64,000 nt of DNA, taken from positions 58,513 through 122,512 of IMG/VR virus record IMGVR_UViG_3300045107_000413, one strand, 5' to 3'. The first letter of the stretch is position 1. Each line of letters opens with the position of its first letter. Made by a program: the position numbers and the translations under genes. Source of the DNA: a virus. Of this stretch, positions 18,434 to 26,999 are shown piece after piece. The notes below the pieces were generated by a model. That model was not told the origin of the DNA. It saw only the letters and a list, made by a program, of their open reading frames with translations, and ran no database searches.

Positions 18434-19328
18434 ACTGTTGCCAGCCAGGGCGGTGTTCCATCACGCTCACTAAACTGGTTAAGTCGAATTTCCTATCCTC
18501 ACCAGAGAGGCATATCCCTGATGAGATCACGGTCATATCCCGTGCGACGGTAGAGCGGTAACGGTGCGTCTCACTGCCATCGCTCCACTCAACCACCAGA
18601 TAGCCCGCCTGTCCCTGTGTGGCTTCCATCTCCCGGAAACTGATGAGTCGCCCGCCCGCCTTTGCGAGCGCATGCCGGAGCATCTCCTCTACCGCCCGCC
18701 CGCGCTGCCTCGCTTGCACTCGTGCCACATCTACCTGATGGAGTTGGTCCAGTACCAGCACGCGCCGCTCAGAACTGGACAGGCCCGTAAGGGAGACGCC
18801 CGCCTGTGCCTCCCGCAGCCGCTCGCCGTGTTCCGGGTCAGCGCGCATATCCGGGCCATCGTACCAGCACGTCGCGCCATCAACGCGCACAATGACGCGC
18901 TCGTATCGCTCTGCCCCGTCTGATGGGTCACAGAGGTAGACGGGGAAGGGGTCATCGGGCATCTGGAAGCGCGTCATTGCATCAGAGGCATTGTAGGGGA
19001 GGGCGTACCAGGCACCGGCGCGCTTGCGGCGCTCATCAGGCCAGAGCAAGAGGGCGCGAAGCGCAGGGAACTGCTCTAAGTATTCGGCCCGTTGCCAGGG
19101 GAGTGCCTCTGCTACCAGCATTACGCTCCGGCTATCACGCGGGCGGAAGCACCCCCAACCCACAAAGGGGCGTTCAGGGATGAACTCATAGACCATGCCG
19201 CCGTCTATGCGCGTCCTTACCTTGCCATGAGGAAGCAGGGGCGCGATGATGGAACGGGCAAGCAGGGAACGCTCGGACTCGGCCATCTGGGTGATGAGAC
19301 GTAGGGCATCATGATAACGTTTGGGCAT
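18408..19328 (-). CDS. Hypothetical protein of the Ro/ThiF cluster
   Basis: 306 aa with a C-terminal ISSGICLSGEDRKFDLTSLVSV carrying a lone Cys. Confidence 0.7.
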   Translation of the reverse strand: MPKRYHDALRLITQMAESERSLLARSIIAPLLPHGKVRTRIDGGMVYEFIPERPFVGWGCFRPRDSRSVMLVAEALPWQRAEYLEQFPALRALLLWPDERRKRAGAWYALPYNASDAMTRFQMPDDPFPVYLCDPSDGAERYERVIVRVDGATCWYDGPDMRADPEHGERLREAQAGVSLTGLSSSERRVLVLDQLHQVDVARVQARQRGRAVEEMLRHALAKAGGRLISFREMEATQGQAGYLVVEWSDGSETHRYRSTVARDMTVISSGICLSGEDRKFDLTSLVSVMEHRPGWQQYEGDEDDD

Positions 19329-19629
19329 CTTTTTTCTTTGTTCGCTGCTCTATTTCTTCCGCAAGGGCAGAAGAGACAGGGAGTTGATAGAACTTGAGGG
19401 CAAGAAGCGCCTTATCAACGGCTCCATAATCAAAACCATGCTCACTGACAAAGAGGGTTGTTATAGCATCAAGGGCTTGATGGAGTTGCATGACATCATA
19501 CTCCAAACAACGGGCATAAGTACGCAGGGAACTTACCTTCTGTTCCGTTTGGCTCATACTCTCAGCATACTGACTGAAAAGCCGATCACTGTCAAATCCT
19601 CGTGTCGTCATCTGCTCCTCCCTGTTCAC
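19309..19629 (-). CDS. Hypothetical protein
   Basis: Overlapping ORF in the operon. Confidence 0.5.
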   Translation of the reverse strand: MNREEQMTTRGFDSDRLFSQYAESMSQTEQKVSSLRTYARCLEYDVMQLHQALDAITTLFVSEHGFDYGAVDKALLALKFYQLPVSSALAEEIEQRTKKKDAQTLS

Positions 19630-19645
19630 GCATCACGTCGCCTGC

Positions 19646-19969
19646 TCAAGACGCTCCTCCACTTTCCGGCAAGGGTGCTTCGAGTTGTTGTATCCTTTTC
19701 TGTATTTTCTCCATGTCAGGCCAGCACTCCATATCTGATATTTCATCAAGACGGCGTTGGATAATGACAGGAGAAGCAAAAGGCGAAGCAGAACTCAGGA
19801 CATGGAATGCGAAATCATAGGCGCGGCAGGCAATGAGGTGTTGCACGCCCTGAAAATACTCCTCATAACTGGCAATCCAGGTATTTTCTCGGTAATGATT
19901 CCATGCTTCATCGAGTTCCTGAATGAGCAACGTTGCAAAGCCTGCAAAGTGGCTGTCACGCTCACTCAT
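19646..19969 (-). CDS. Hypothetical protein
   Basis: ATGA-coupled to the TROVE-like gene. Confidence 0.5.
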   Translation of the reverse strand: MSERDSHFAGFATLLIQELDEAWNHYRENTWIASYEEYFQGVQHLIACRAYDFAFHVLSSASPFASPVIIQRRLDEISDMECWPDMEKIQKRIQQLEAPLPESGGAS

Positions 19970-21435
19970 GCCCTCACCTGCTCTTTCTGGTCAGGACGCA
20001 CTGGAAGGGGTGTCGCCATGATGGTATCGATGAGTTCTTGCCGTGAAGGAGCAGCGAGGAGTGCAAGCAGAGACGGGTACGAATAATAGTCGCTCTTCTC
20101 AACGGGAAAGGTACTAAACTCGATGCCTGCCTTGCGCAAGCCGTCCTCAAACTCCCTATTCGGTGTTCTCGTTGCCACAATACATACTGCTGGTCGGATA
20201 TGCAATGCCTCGCTATACTCCCGGTAGGCATCGACAAAGCGCGGGGCGGTGACTTCTTCCTCATCCGTCACAATCACAATCTGCTCTACCAGTACCCCGT
20301 CTTTGCGCATCTTGACCAGGGGCGCGCCAATGGCAGTAGAGCCGTTAGCCTTGATGTAGCGAAATGCCTGCTCCCAATCAGAAAGCAGTGGGCGGCGTCC
20401 CTCTGGCACTGTCACCGTGATGGGGAACGCCTCACTGTCAAAGGCGTAGACGAAGAGGCCGTGCGTAGCGACTGCTGAGACCAGGGCGGCAATCTGCTTT
20501 GCCACCTCAATGGCCGCGCTCATGGAACTGCTCTTATCGGCAAAGATGGCCGTCGGGCGCGTAATCTCTGTCTTCTCAGCGATACGAGCATCTGTCACTT
20601 CCAAGAGCTTTGCTTCCGTCTCTGCGTCCAGTGCGACCTTCTCCGCCGCTTTCTTTGTCTTGAGGGTCGAGACCCGCCTGTCCTTCTTTGCCCCCTCAAG
20701 CTTGCCGTCAATAAGCTTTTTCAGGTCGGGGTGATCGAGCGCGCCGCGCCGCTTCAGCATGCCCATGCTATTGATGACCTCCTGCGGGGTCATGGCCTCC
20801 ACCAGTGCTACCAGCAGCGCAGGGGTGACAGACTTCACGGCGGCAATGGCGGTAGGATAGGGGATGCTATGCGCAAGGATGAGGCGCGCCTGCTCGGTGC
20901 TGTCCTCCGTCTTTGCAAGCTTCTTGAGGGCTGCCTGTGGGCTTCCCTCCGGCGGTAGCCCATCAAAGAGGATGGCCTGGGCGCGGGGGCTTGGGTGAAT
21001 GTGCAGGGAGGCATAGAGGTGCTTCATCGCAGCACGGGCGCGCAACACCGCCCCGTCGAACTGCTTCTCGTTCTGCTCACGGGTTGAGAGATAATGAGCA
21101 ATGGCCGTGCGCAGGGAACGCGGGACTTTCTTGCACTCTTTCGTGGCATGATCTAACACGCGGGCGACCTCATAGGGGGCAAGCGATTGCAAGAGCATCC
21201 AGGCCGCGCCGCGAAACTCTGGATACTCAGAGGTGGCAAGGTGCGCCACAAAGAGGACTTTGTGGTCGCGCACTTCCCCACGCGCAAAGTACCAGGGGGC
21301 GAGGTGCGCATAAAAGAGCGGGTCACGGGCAAGGGCGTCGGTGTGCAGGGGTGCCAACTCTGCCAACTTGCGGTGCGGCGTCGTGAGAAAACTGTTGAGG
21401 ATGCCGAGACGCACATCCGTTTCAGTCTGTTCCAT
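19966..21435 (-). CDS. Divergent Ro60/TROVE-like protein with C-terminal vWA domain
   Basis: Helical N-terminal region (DPLFYAHL, MKHLYASLHIHP). The vWA domain has a MIDAS ADKSSSM plus NGSTAIG and IVIVTDEEE. About 490 aa and near Y-like RNAs. Confidence 0.75.
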   Translation of the reverse strand: MEQTETDVRLGILNSFLTTPHRKLAELAPLHTDALARDPLFYAHLAPWYFARGEVRDHKVLFVAHLATSEYPEFRGAAWMLLQSLAPYEVARVLDHATKECKKVPRSLRTAIAHYLSTREQNEKQFDGAVLRARAAMKHLYASLHIHPSPRAQAILFDGLPPEGSPQAALKKLAKTEDSTEQARLILAHSIPYPTAIAAVKSVTPALLVALVEAMTPQEVINSMGMLKRRGALDHPDLKKLIDGKLEGAKKDRRVSTLKTKKAAEKVALDAETEAKLLEVTDARIAEKTEITRPTAIFADKSSSMSAAIEVAKQIAALVSAVATHGLFVYAFDSEAFPITVTVPEGRRPLLSDWEQAFRYIKANGSTAIGAPLVKMRKDGVLVEQIVIVTDEEEVTAPRFVDAYREYSEALHIRPAVCIVATRTPNREFEDGLRKAGIEFSTFPVEKSDYYSYPSLLALLAAPSRQELIDTIMATPLPVRPDQKEQVRA

Positions 21436-21778
21436 CGGGTTTCTCCTTCTTCTTGTTTCGTATCACCTTCACAATGGTGACAATGGCCTCAATTACGTCT
21501 TTCGGCATGTCCAATTCTTCTAAACACAGATAGAGCCATGCCCATTGTTCTGCCTCGGTAGGGATGCCTTCGGGGTTATGGAGAAACAGGTTCGCATCTA
21601 TCCTGAGCCACTCTACCAGTTTCGTAAAACTCTCAATATCAGGGAGTTTGCCACTGGCAATACGGCTCATGGTTGCCACACTCACCCCCGCCTCTTTTGC
21701 CGCTTCATGGATGGAGAGGCCGTTTTTTGTGAGATGAGATTGCAGGGTCGCACTGAAGAGGGTACGGTCAAAACTCAT
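21422..21778 (-). CDS. XRE-family HTH regulator
   Basis: LSIHEAAKEAGVSVATMSRIASGKLPD. Confidence 0.85.
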   Translation of the reverse strand: MSFDRTLFSATLQSHLTKNGLSIHEAAKEAGVSVATMSRIASGKLPDIESFTKLVEWLRIDANLFLHNPEGIPTEAEQWAWLYLCLEELDMPKDVIEAIVTIVKVIRNKKKEKPDGTD

Positions 21779-21793
21779 CCCTGATCTCCTTCT

Positions 21794-22225
21794 CTACAAA
21801 AAGATGGCATTTCCTTCCTGATGATGCACGAAATTTTCTTCAAGCATCTGTTTCCACTGCTCTGCCGTCGCACCATAACTCCCAAACGTGGTAGCATGCT
21901 CAGCACACCACGCACATAACTCATCGAGACTGGCAAAGACAGGGGATTGTGGGGAGCCTTCCGTCGTGGTTTCCCATAATTGATAGCCTTCCCCTTCTGG
22001 CGGCTCTAAACAGGTGTAGTTGACATACTCATTGCCATACCCATAGTTCACGGTAGGGAACTTGAGGAGTCTACCAAAATGCAGTTCCAGCCCGTGCCGT
22101 TCCTCATAACTCATCTCAGGGAAGTATTGCTCAAGCAGGCTTTCAAAGGATATCATGTACCCCGGCCATATCTTATCAAGCGGCCAGTCAAAGTCTAATG
22201 GAACACGTTTTAAGACTCGACCCAT
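21794..22225 (-). CDS. Phage hypothetical protein
   Basis: MGRVLKRVPLDFDWP...GYQLWETTTEGSPQSPVF. Confidence 0.6.
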   Translation of the reverse strand: MGRVLKRVPLDFDWPLDKIWPGYMISFESLLEQYFPEMSYEERHGLELHFGRLLKFPTVNYGYGNEYVNYTCLEPPEGEGYQLWETTTEGSPQSPVFASLDELCAWCAEHATTFGSYGATAEQWKQMLEENFVHHQEGNAIFL

Positions 22226-22257
22226 GATCTTCTCTCCTTCTCTTCAGTACAAAATTA

Positions 22258-22851
22258 TCACCGTGACCGTATATGCATGACGCGCTTCTCCCAGAGTGCA
22301 GGCAACCGCTCAAGCACAGCCTGATTGGCCTGCCGCACCGCCTCTGTAAGATGGACGGCGCGTTTCTGGTAGTGGGGTGAGGCCAGCCAGTCCGGGTACT
22401 CCGTGCTTCCCCTGTCCTTATTGCATTTGCGACACGCTGTGAGCAAATTCTCAGGGATAGTTGGCCCGCCGCGTTCCCAGAGGAGAATGTGGTCAACGGA
22501 GAGCGGAACGCCGTCACGCCCACAGTAGCGGCAGGTGTAGTTATCTCGCTTGAAGACGGCCCACTGCATATGCATATCAATCTGGCGCTGGCTCTTGCGC
22601 AGGATAGCCTTGCTGAGCGTGCCAGAGGCGTCCGTGAGCAGGATTTCTGTTTCCAGCAGGTCAGTTTGCCGTAAGAAGACTTCCCACTCAGCAAGGGTCA
22701 TGGGAAGCAGGCGCATTTGCGCGATGCCCTCTTCTTTGTCAGGCAGCAGCGTGAGCAGGCAGTCATCAGCACTGGCCCACAGCGCGCCTGCAATCTGGTA
22801 GCGCGTGCCGATGTCGTAGAGGTTGATGTCTGTCAATGTAGTTGTGTCCAT
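22258..22851 (-). CDS. HNH endonuclease-domain protein
   Basis: VFKRDNYTCRYCG, VDHI, GG....NLLTACRKCNKDRG. Confidence 0.88.
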   Translation of the reverse strand: MDTTTLTDINLYDIGTRYQIAGALWASADDCLLTLLPDKEEGIAQMRLLPMTLAEWEVFLRQTDLLETEILLTDASGTLSKAILRKSQRQIDMHMQWAVFKRDNYTCRYCGRDGVPLSVDHILLWERGGPTIPENLLTACRKCNKDRGSTEYPDWLASPHYQKRAVHLTEAVRQANQAVLERLPALWEKRVMHIRSR

Positions 22852-22885
22852 GTGTCTCCTTCTCTCAAAAATGGGTACAACAAAT

Positions 22886-23047
22886 CCGGGGCGTACAAGT
22901 TGCGTGAGCAGTCAAACAACGGTGCGTCTACCAGTTTCGCCACATGTTCACAGGAACATGAGAGGACTCGAACCCCTACACCCTATCAGGTACCTGCTTT
23001 TAAGAGCAGGAATGTATGTATGCTCATGCCGTCGGGGTACGCCCCGG
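22886..23047 (-). ncRNA. Y-RNA-like permuted tRNA mimic 4 (Leu-like)
   Basis: The closing stem CCGGGGCGTAC/GTACGCCCCGG encloses, in 5'-3' order, an anticodon-like hairpin (CCTGC..GCAGG), a variable arm, a T arm (GGTTCGAGTCC), a loop-closed acceptor stem and a D arm (TGGCGAAACTGGTAGACGC). Confidence 0.8.
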
Positions 23048-23058
23048 CATAAAATAGC

Positions 23059-23204
23059 CTGGGACGCGCAAGTTGAGCGGGCCGATAACACGCCTTTACC
23101 ATTTGGCTATCCGGGCAAGGAAAGAAAGCCCGGACTAGGAATCGAACCTAGATACTGCGAGAAGCAGATTGTTTGTATGCCTGCCCTGTTATGGCGCGTC
23201 CCAG
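23059..23204 (-). ncRNA. Y-RNA-like permuted tRNA mimic 3
   Basis: Closing stem CTGGGACGCGC/GCGCGTCCCAG. T arm CTAGGTTCGATTCCTAG, then closed acceptor TCCGGGC..GCCCGGA, then D arm TAGCCAAATGGTAAAGGC. Confidence 0.82.
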
Positions 23205-23220
23205 AAAGATGAGACCGGTC

Positions 23221-23359
23221 TATTCCGTCTGAGTTGAGCGAGCCGTGTTTCCGGTTTCCCGGCAACGATGGGACTTGAACCCATTACACTAACCTTAAGA
23301 GGGTTATGCTCTACCAGATGAGCTACGTTTGTAGGCTTGCTCTGTTATGAGACGGAACA
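23221..23359 (-). ncRNA. Y-RNA-like RNA 2 with a canonical-order tRNA-Lys(CUU)-like core
   Basis: Closing stem TTCCGTCT/AGACGGAA. D arm TAGCTCATCTGGTAGAGC, anticodon arm TAACC-CTCTTAA-GGTTA and T arm ATGGGTTCAAGTCCCAT. The acceptor is only about 4 bp and there is no CCA end. Confidence 0.78.
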
Positions 23360-23398
23360 GGCAAAGAATAAGAGCAAAGAAAAAGAATAGTATGTGTA

Positions 23399-23543
23399 TG
23401 AGCCGCGCAAGTTGTGTGGACTGTGAACCGTAGGCGCTCTACCACTGAGCCAATCCCCCTCGTGGGGGATGATGGATTCGAACCACCGACTTCCTGCTCC
23501 AAAAGCAAGGGTTTGTACGTCTACACCGTTATGGCGCGGCTCA
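23399..23543 (-). ncRNA. Y-RNA-like permuted tRNA mimic 1
   Basis: Closing stem TGAGCCGCGC/GCGCGGCTCA. Anticodon-like CTTGC-TTTTGGA-GCAGG, T arm GGTGGTTCGAATCCATC, closed acceptor TCCCCC-ACGA-GGGGGA and D arm TGGCTCAGTGGTAGAGC. Confidence 0.82.
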
Positions 23544-23554
23544 ATATGTGTTAT

Positions 23555-23767
23555 TTACCCATACACCGCTTCAGGGCGCACGATGATAGCCGTCTGCTCG
23601 CGCACCACGACGTGCGCGGCTAGCTTGTCGGCAGGCATATCCAGGTATGCTGCCGCCGCCTGCTTCAGTCGGGCGTCGGAGGCGGCTACCGGAATATCCA
23701 GCAGGCCGTAATCGCTGATCTCATGACTGCGCCCGTCTACCCGCACGTGAACCATCTGTGTTGCCAT
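23555..23767 (-). CDS. Small ubiquitin-like (beta-grasp) protein
   Basis: 70 aa from ATG 23767 with an AAGGAG RBS. MVHVRVDGRS...IIVRPEAVYG* ends in an exposed C-terminal Gly. Co-oriented with the ThiF gene. Confidence 0.7.
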   Translation of the reverse strand: MATQMVHVRVDGRSHEISDYGLLDIPVAASDARLKQAAAAYLDMPADKLAAHVVVREQTAIIVRPEAVYG

Positions 23768-23997
23768 CGTCGCGCTCCTTCCACTATCTTCCCGTGTTGT
23801 GAACAATCTTCTATGGAGAATAATACTACGGTCTGTCAATGGGGACAAGGGATGGGACTTTTGGGCAAGAAGAAAGCCTGCTCATTGATACCGGTGCGAA
23901 CAGGCTCAGGAACACCGTTGAAAGGAAATTTCAATGGATACTGCGATCAGTGTTGTCCAAACCTCCCCAAAGAGGTTACTTGTAGTATAGCACAGCC

Positions 23998-24510
23998 TTA
24001 CCCCTCTGTCTGCCGTGCAGGCTTTGCGCGTTTGCGTGGCGTCGGCTGCTCAAGCTTCTCAAGGATGGTCAGGAGACGGGCGTCCATCTCCAAAATGCGC
24101 GCGTCCTGAGCATCTAAGTGGTGGACAATCTGCTCAATATCATGGTAAGAGCGCATCGTCGTATGATACTGCTCATCGGCCTGAAGTTCCTGATGGCGGG
24201 AGAGAACATTCTGGGAAACCATGATGACGGGCAAGAGCGTGAGTTGGATGAGCGTTTGGGAAGTCCACGCGACGAGGAGCGCCACCACCGGCGGGAGAAT
24301 GCCTAAAATACCGAGCAGGCCGACAAGGGCGAGCAGCACAAAGAGATAGGCGGTTGGCATCGTCCCAACGGTGGTTGTCAGCCAGAGGGCAAGGGTATCA
24401 TTGAAACTCTGCCGCTCCTCTGCATGCATCTCATTGACGTTGACCGCCCGGTGAGGGTGTTGAGTATGCACATAGAGCGTCTTTTGCTTTTCTCTGTCTT
24501 CATGTTCCAT
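23998..24510 (-). CDS. DUF1003-like membrane protein
   Basis: SFNDTLALWLTTTVGTM, LPVIMVSQN and two to three TM helices. Confidence 0.7.
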   Translation of the reverse strand: MEHEDREKQKTLYVHTQHPHRAVNVNEMHAEERQSFNDTLALWLTTTVGTMPTAYLFVLLALVGLLGILGILPPVVALLVAWTSQTLIQLTLLPVIMVSQNVLSRHQELQADEQYHTTMRSYHDIEQIVHHLDAQDARILEMDARLLTILEKLEQPTPRKRAKPARQTEG

Positions 24511-24751
24511 AGTCTATCCCTTCTAGTCGCTTCCATTCCTTGCCGTCAAGGTCATAGCGCCACTGATACCACGCCCGCACGGGCGGCAGATGCGCGTCTT
24601 CTGAGACGGCAGGGATAGCCGGGTGTTCCACCAGCACAAAGAGCGTCTGCTGTAGTGGCTGGTGTTCGATACTGAAGATGCGACACCCCTCCGGCAACTG
24701 CAATACCCGCGCTAACTCTGCATAGGAGAAGCGGATAGAGCCCTTGCTCAT
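24500..24751 (-). CDS. Hypothetical protein
   Basis: GAGG RBS, overlaps its neighbour. Confidence 0.5.
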   Translation of the reverse strand: MSKGSIRFSYAELARVLQLPEGCRIFSIEHQPLQQTLFVLVEHPAIPAVSEDAHLPPVRAWYQWRYDLDGKEWKRLEGIDYGT

Positions 24752-24927
24752 GCCTCACCTCACCACCAACGCCAGTACCAGCGCAATAAGGGCAAACAGG
24801 GCAAGGATACCGTAGATGACCGCCCGCAAGATGTCCCGCCTGACCCCTGCGCTGATGGCGATGTCCCCCGCCCGCACACAGACAAAGAGCAGGACAATCA
24901 CCGGAAATTGCAAGAAATGGGTCATAC

Positions 24928-25536
24928 CTACCTCGCTTTCACCAGTTCCCAGAGTCGCTTGATATGCCGCGCATCATCTATTGCCCGGTGGAGTCCTGCT
25001 TCCTGTGGTGGCAGCATATCATCCGTGATCCCCTGCGCATCAAGGATAGCCTGAAGCTCATGAATATAGTGCGGCAAGCCAGCAGGAACGTCTAGCATGG
25101 TGCCAAACACCTGAGCAAAGGCTACATAGTCATAGGCCGTAATCCAGCCCCGTAACTCAATACCTTCAGGGGTACCGGAGGAAAAACCGAAGAAGCCGAG
25201 AAGATCACGTCTCATTTGCGCCCGTGTGCGCCAGGGACAGCGATGACGCAGGCCGTAAATCTGGTCTACGCATTGCCCCTTCCTGTGCTGTGCTTGCGCG
25301 CCGTAGAGCGTTCCCAGAGAATAAAGCGGGCCGGGAGGTTGCTGGATATAGGGGCAAAGGTCAAGATGCATGATGACATTATCCTTCACCCACTGGCTGG
25401 CTTTGTCGATGTTGAACTCGCTGGATTGCAGGTAGAGTTCGCGTCCATCCTCACACACAATGCCAATGCTTATCAGATCAACGGTTTTCCCGTCATCAAT
25501 GAACTCGCTGTCCACATAATAGATCGTTCGCTTCAT
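24928..25536 (-). CDS. DEDDh 3'-5' exoribonuclease (Rv2179c/RNase AS-like)
   Basis: YVDSEFID, LISIGIVCEDGRELY, AYDYV and HRAIDDAR. Confidence 0.85.
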   Translation of the reverse strand: MKRTIYYVDSEFIDDGKTVDLISIGIVCEDGRELYLQSSEFNIDKASQWVKDNVIMHLDLCPYIQQPPGPLYSLGTLYGAQAQHRKGQCVDQIYGLRHRCPWRTRAQMRRDLLGFFGFSSGTPEGIELRGWITAYDYVAFAQVFGTMLDVPAGLPHYIHELQAILDAQGITDDMLPPQEAGLHRAIDDARHIKRLWELVKAR

Positions 25537-25835
25537 TGCTTGCCCTCTTCCCGCGCAATCTCCCGCTCCGCCTCTTCATAGGAGACGCCTGCTATGCAGG
25601 CCCTCCGCTCAATGCCCTGCATCCGCGCCTTATACGCCAGTTGCCGGTTCACCTCATCGGCAACACGGCGCACGTCGCTCGGCGTAGCATTCTGCACCGT
25701 CACAATGGTTGGTGCTACTGGCATATCGGCAAGGGCGCGGCGCACCTCTTGCCGGATGAACTGCCGGATAGCCTCCACCTGCTCAGCAGCAAAGGGTGAC
25801 TCAGGGGATGGGGAATAGTCGTCTGTATCTGTCAT
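25533..25835 (-). CDS. Hypothetical protein
   Basis: ATGA-coupled to the exonuclease gene. Confidence 0.5.
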   Translation of the reverse strand: MTDTDDYSPSPESPFAAEQVEAIRQFIRQEVRRALADMPVAPTIVTVQNATPSDVRRVADEVNRQLAYKARMQGIERRACIAGVSYEEAEREIAREEGKQ

Positions 25836-25836
25836 T

Positions 25837-26466
25837 TCAATTCTCCAGATAGCCGTTGTGTAAAAAGCCATGATAGCGTTCCGTTGCAATGCTTCCCACA
25901 CCTGCGCCACAAGTTACCCCGGATTTGTCTACCGTGACAGTGGGGGCTTCACCGTGTCGTATCCAGCAATGGTGTTTCTCCTGTTTGTGGTCATCAGGCA
26001 TGGTACAGTTGTTTGCCTGACTATCGATAGCCCAATCACCGCCGGGTGTTTTCACCATCAGGTTATGCTTGCCCTGTGGAACATGAAACCGATCAAGCCA
26101 GGGTGCTTCCCACATCGCCCCGGCAGGAGCCTCCGCTATCGTCATTTCCTCTCCGGTATCCGCCCGTCGCCAGAGTTGCTCATCAAAGCGTTGCCATGCA
26201 TCACTCTCCTGAAAAGCGTAGCCACAGGTACAGGTAAGCGGCCAGCGCGGGTCATCATGCGCTGGAATGGGCTTGAGGCCGTTGATGATAGACCCCTCTT
26301 CATTGCGCTCTATTGGCTCTTCACACAACGGCGTACTGGCTGAGTGATAACTGTATTTGCCGGGATAAGCAGAGCAGCAGTCCGGTGTATTGTTGCGGGA
26401 AAAACGGCGCAACTTGACCCTGACTCGCTCCGTCGGCTCCAACAGGAAACACGGAATACGTCCCAT
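25837..26466 (-). CDS. Cys/His-rich hypothetical protein
   Basis: C-terminal HCWIRHGEAPTVTV...GSI...YHGFLHNGYL. The family is uncertain. Confidence 0.6.
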   Translation of the reverse strand: MGRIPCFLLEPTERVRVKLRRFSRNNTPDCCSAYPGKYSYHSASTPLCEEPIERNEEGSIINGLKPIPAHDDPRWPLTCTCGYAFQESDAWQRFDEQLWRRADTGEEMTIAEAPAGAMWEAPWLDRFHVPQGKHNLMVKTPGGDWAIDSQANNCTMPDDHKQEKHHCWIRHGEAPTVTVDKSGVTCGAGVGSIATERYHGFLHNGYLEN

Positions 26467-26624
26467 GCTATCCCCTTCCATATGAGCGATGCTCACTATC
26501 ATTTTCATTTGTCGGGTCGCCAGAGAGCCGCTTTGCTGCCAGAAGCAGCAGGAGCAGCGCCAGCCCGATCACTACGAATTTTCGTGACTTTTGCAACATT
26601 GCCCCAAATTCATACCCAAAACCC

Positions 26625-26653
26625 TTGACAATTTCTAGCGTATGCGCTATAAT
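26625..26653 (+). promoter_or_regulatory. Consensus sigma70 promoter
   Basis: Perfect TTGACA-17 nt-TATAAT. Confidence 0.8.
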
Positions 26654-26720
26654 AAAACTATCAGAGGTGAGGCGATGGGCCTCCCCCAACACCTAAACAA
26701 CCAAATAAAGGAGGTCACAA

Positions 26721-26936
26721 ATGACCACATCCATCAAAAACCCTACTCTTATCATCACCATCCAGCCCCGGTGGGCAGGGAAGCGGGACACCTACGAAAC
26801 CTGCCTCTTCACCGCCGAGGAAATGGAGGAGAAGTTGGAGGAGAGCGGGCGCAAGGGAAATCTCTCCTGGGCCAGCATCACCCCCAAGAAGGGCGGGGAA
26901 ACCCGGTACCTGTACTTCGACAGGTACCACTACTAA
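26721..26936 (+). CDS. Small hypothetical protein
   Basis: AAGGAGG RBS, downstream of the consensus promoter. Confidence 0.65.
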   Translation: MTTSIKNPTLIITIQPRWAGKRDTYETCLFTAEEMEEKLEESGRKGNLSWASITPKKGGETRYLYFDRYHY

Positions 26937-26945
26937 ATCCCCTTC

Positions 26946-26971
26946 AAGCCCCGGCAAACGCGCCGGGGCTT
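26946..26971 (+). terminator. GC-rich hairpin
   Basis: AAGCCCCGGC..GCCGGGGCTT followed by a T/C-rich run. Confidence 0.55.
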
Positions 26972-26999
26972 CTCTCTTTGCCCAAAGAAAGGATATCCC

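Noticed and set aside
22886-23543. Functional tRNA gene cluster
   Set aside because: Arm order is permuted in three units, acceptor stems are loop-closed or truncated, and there are no CCA ends.
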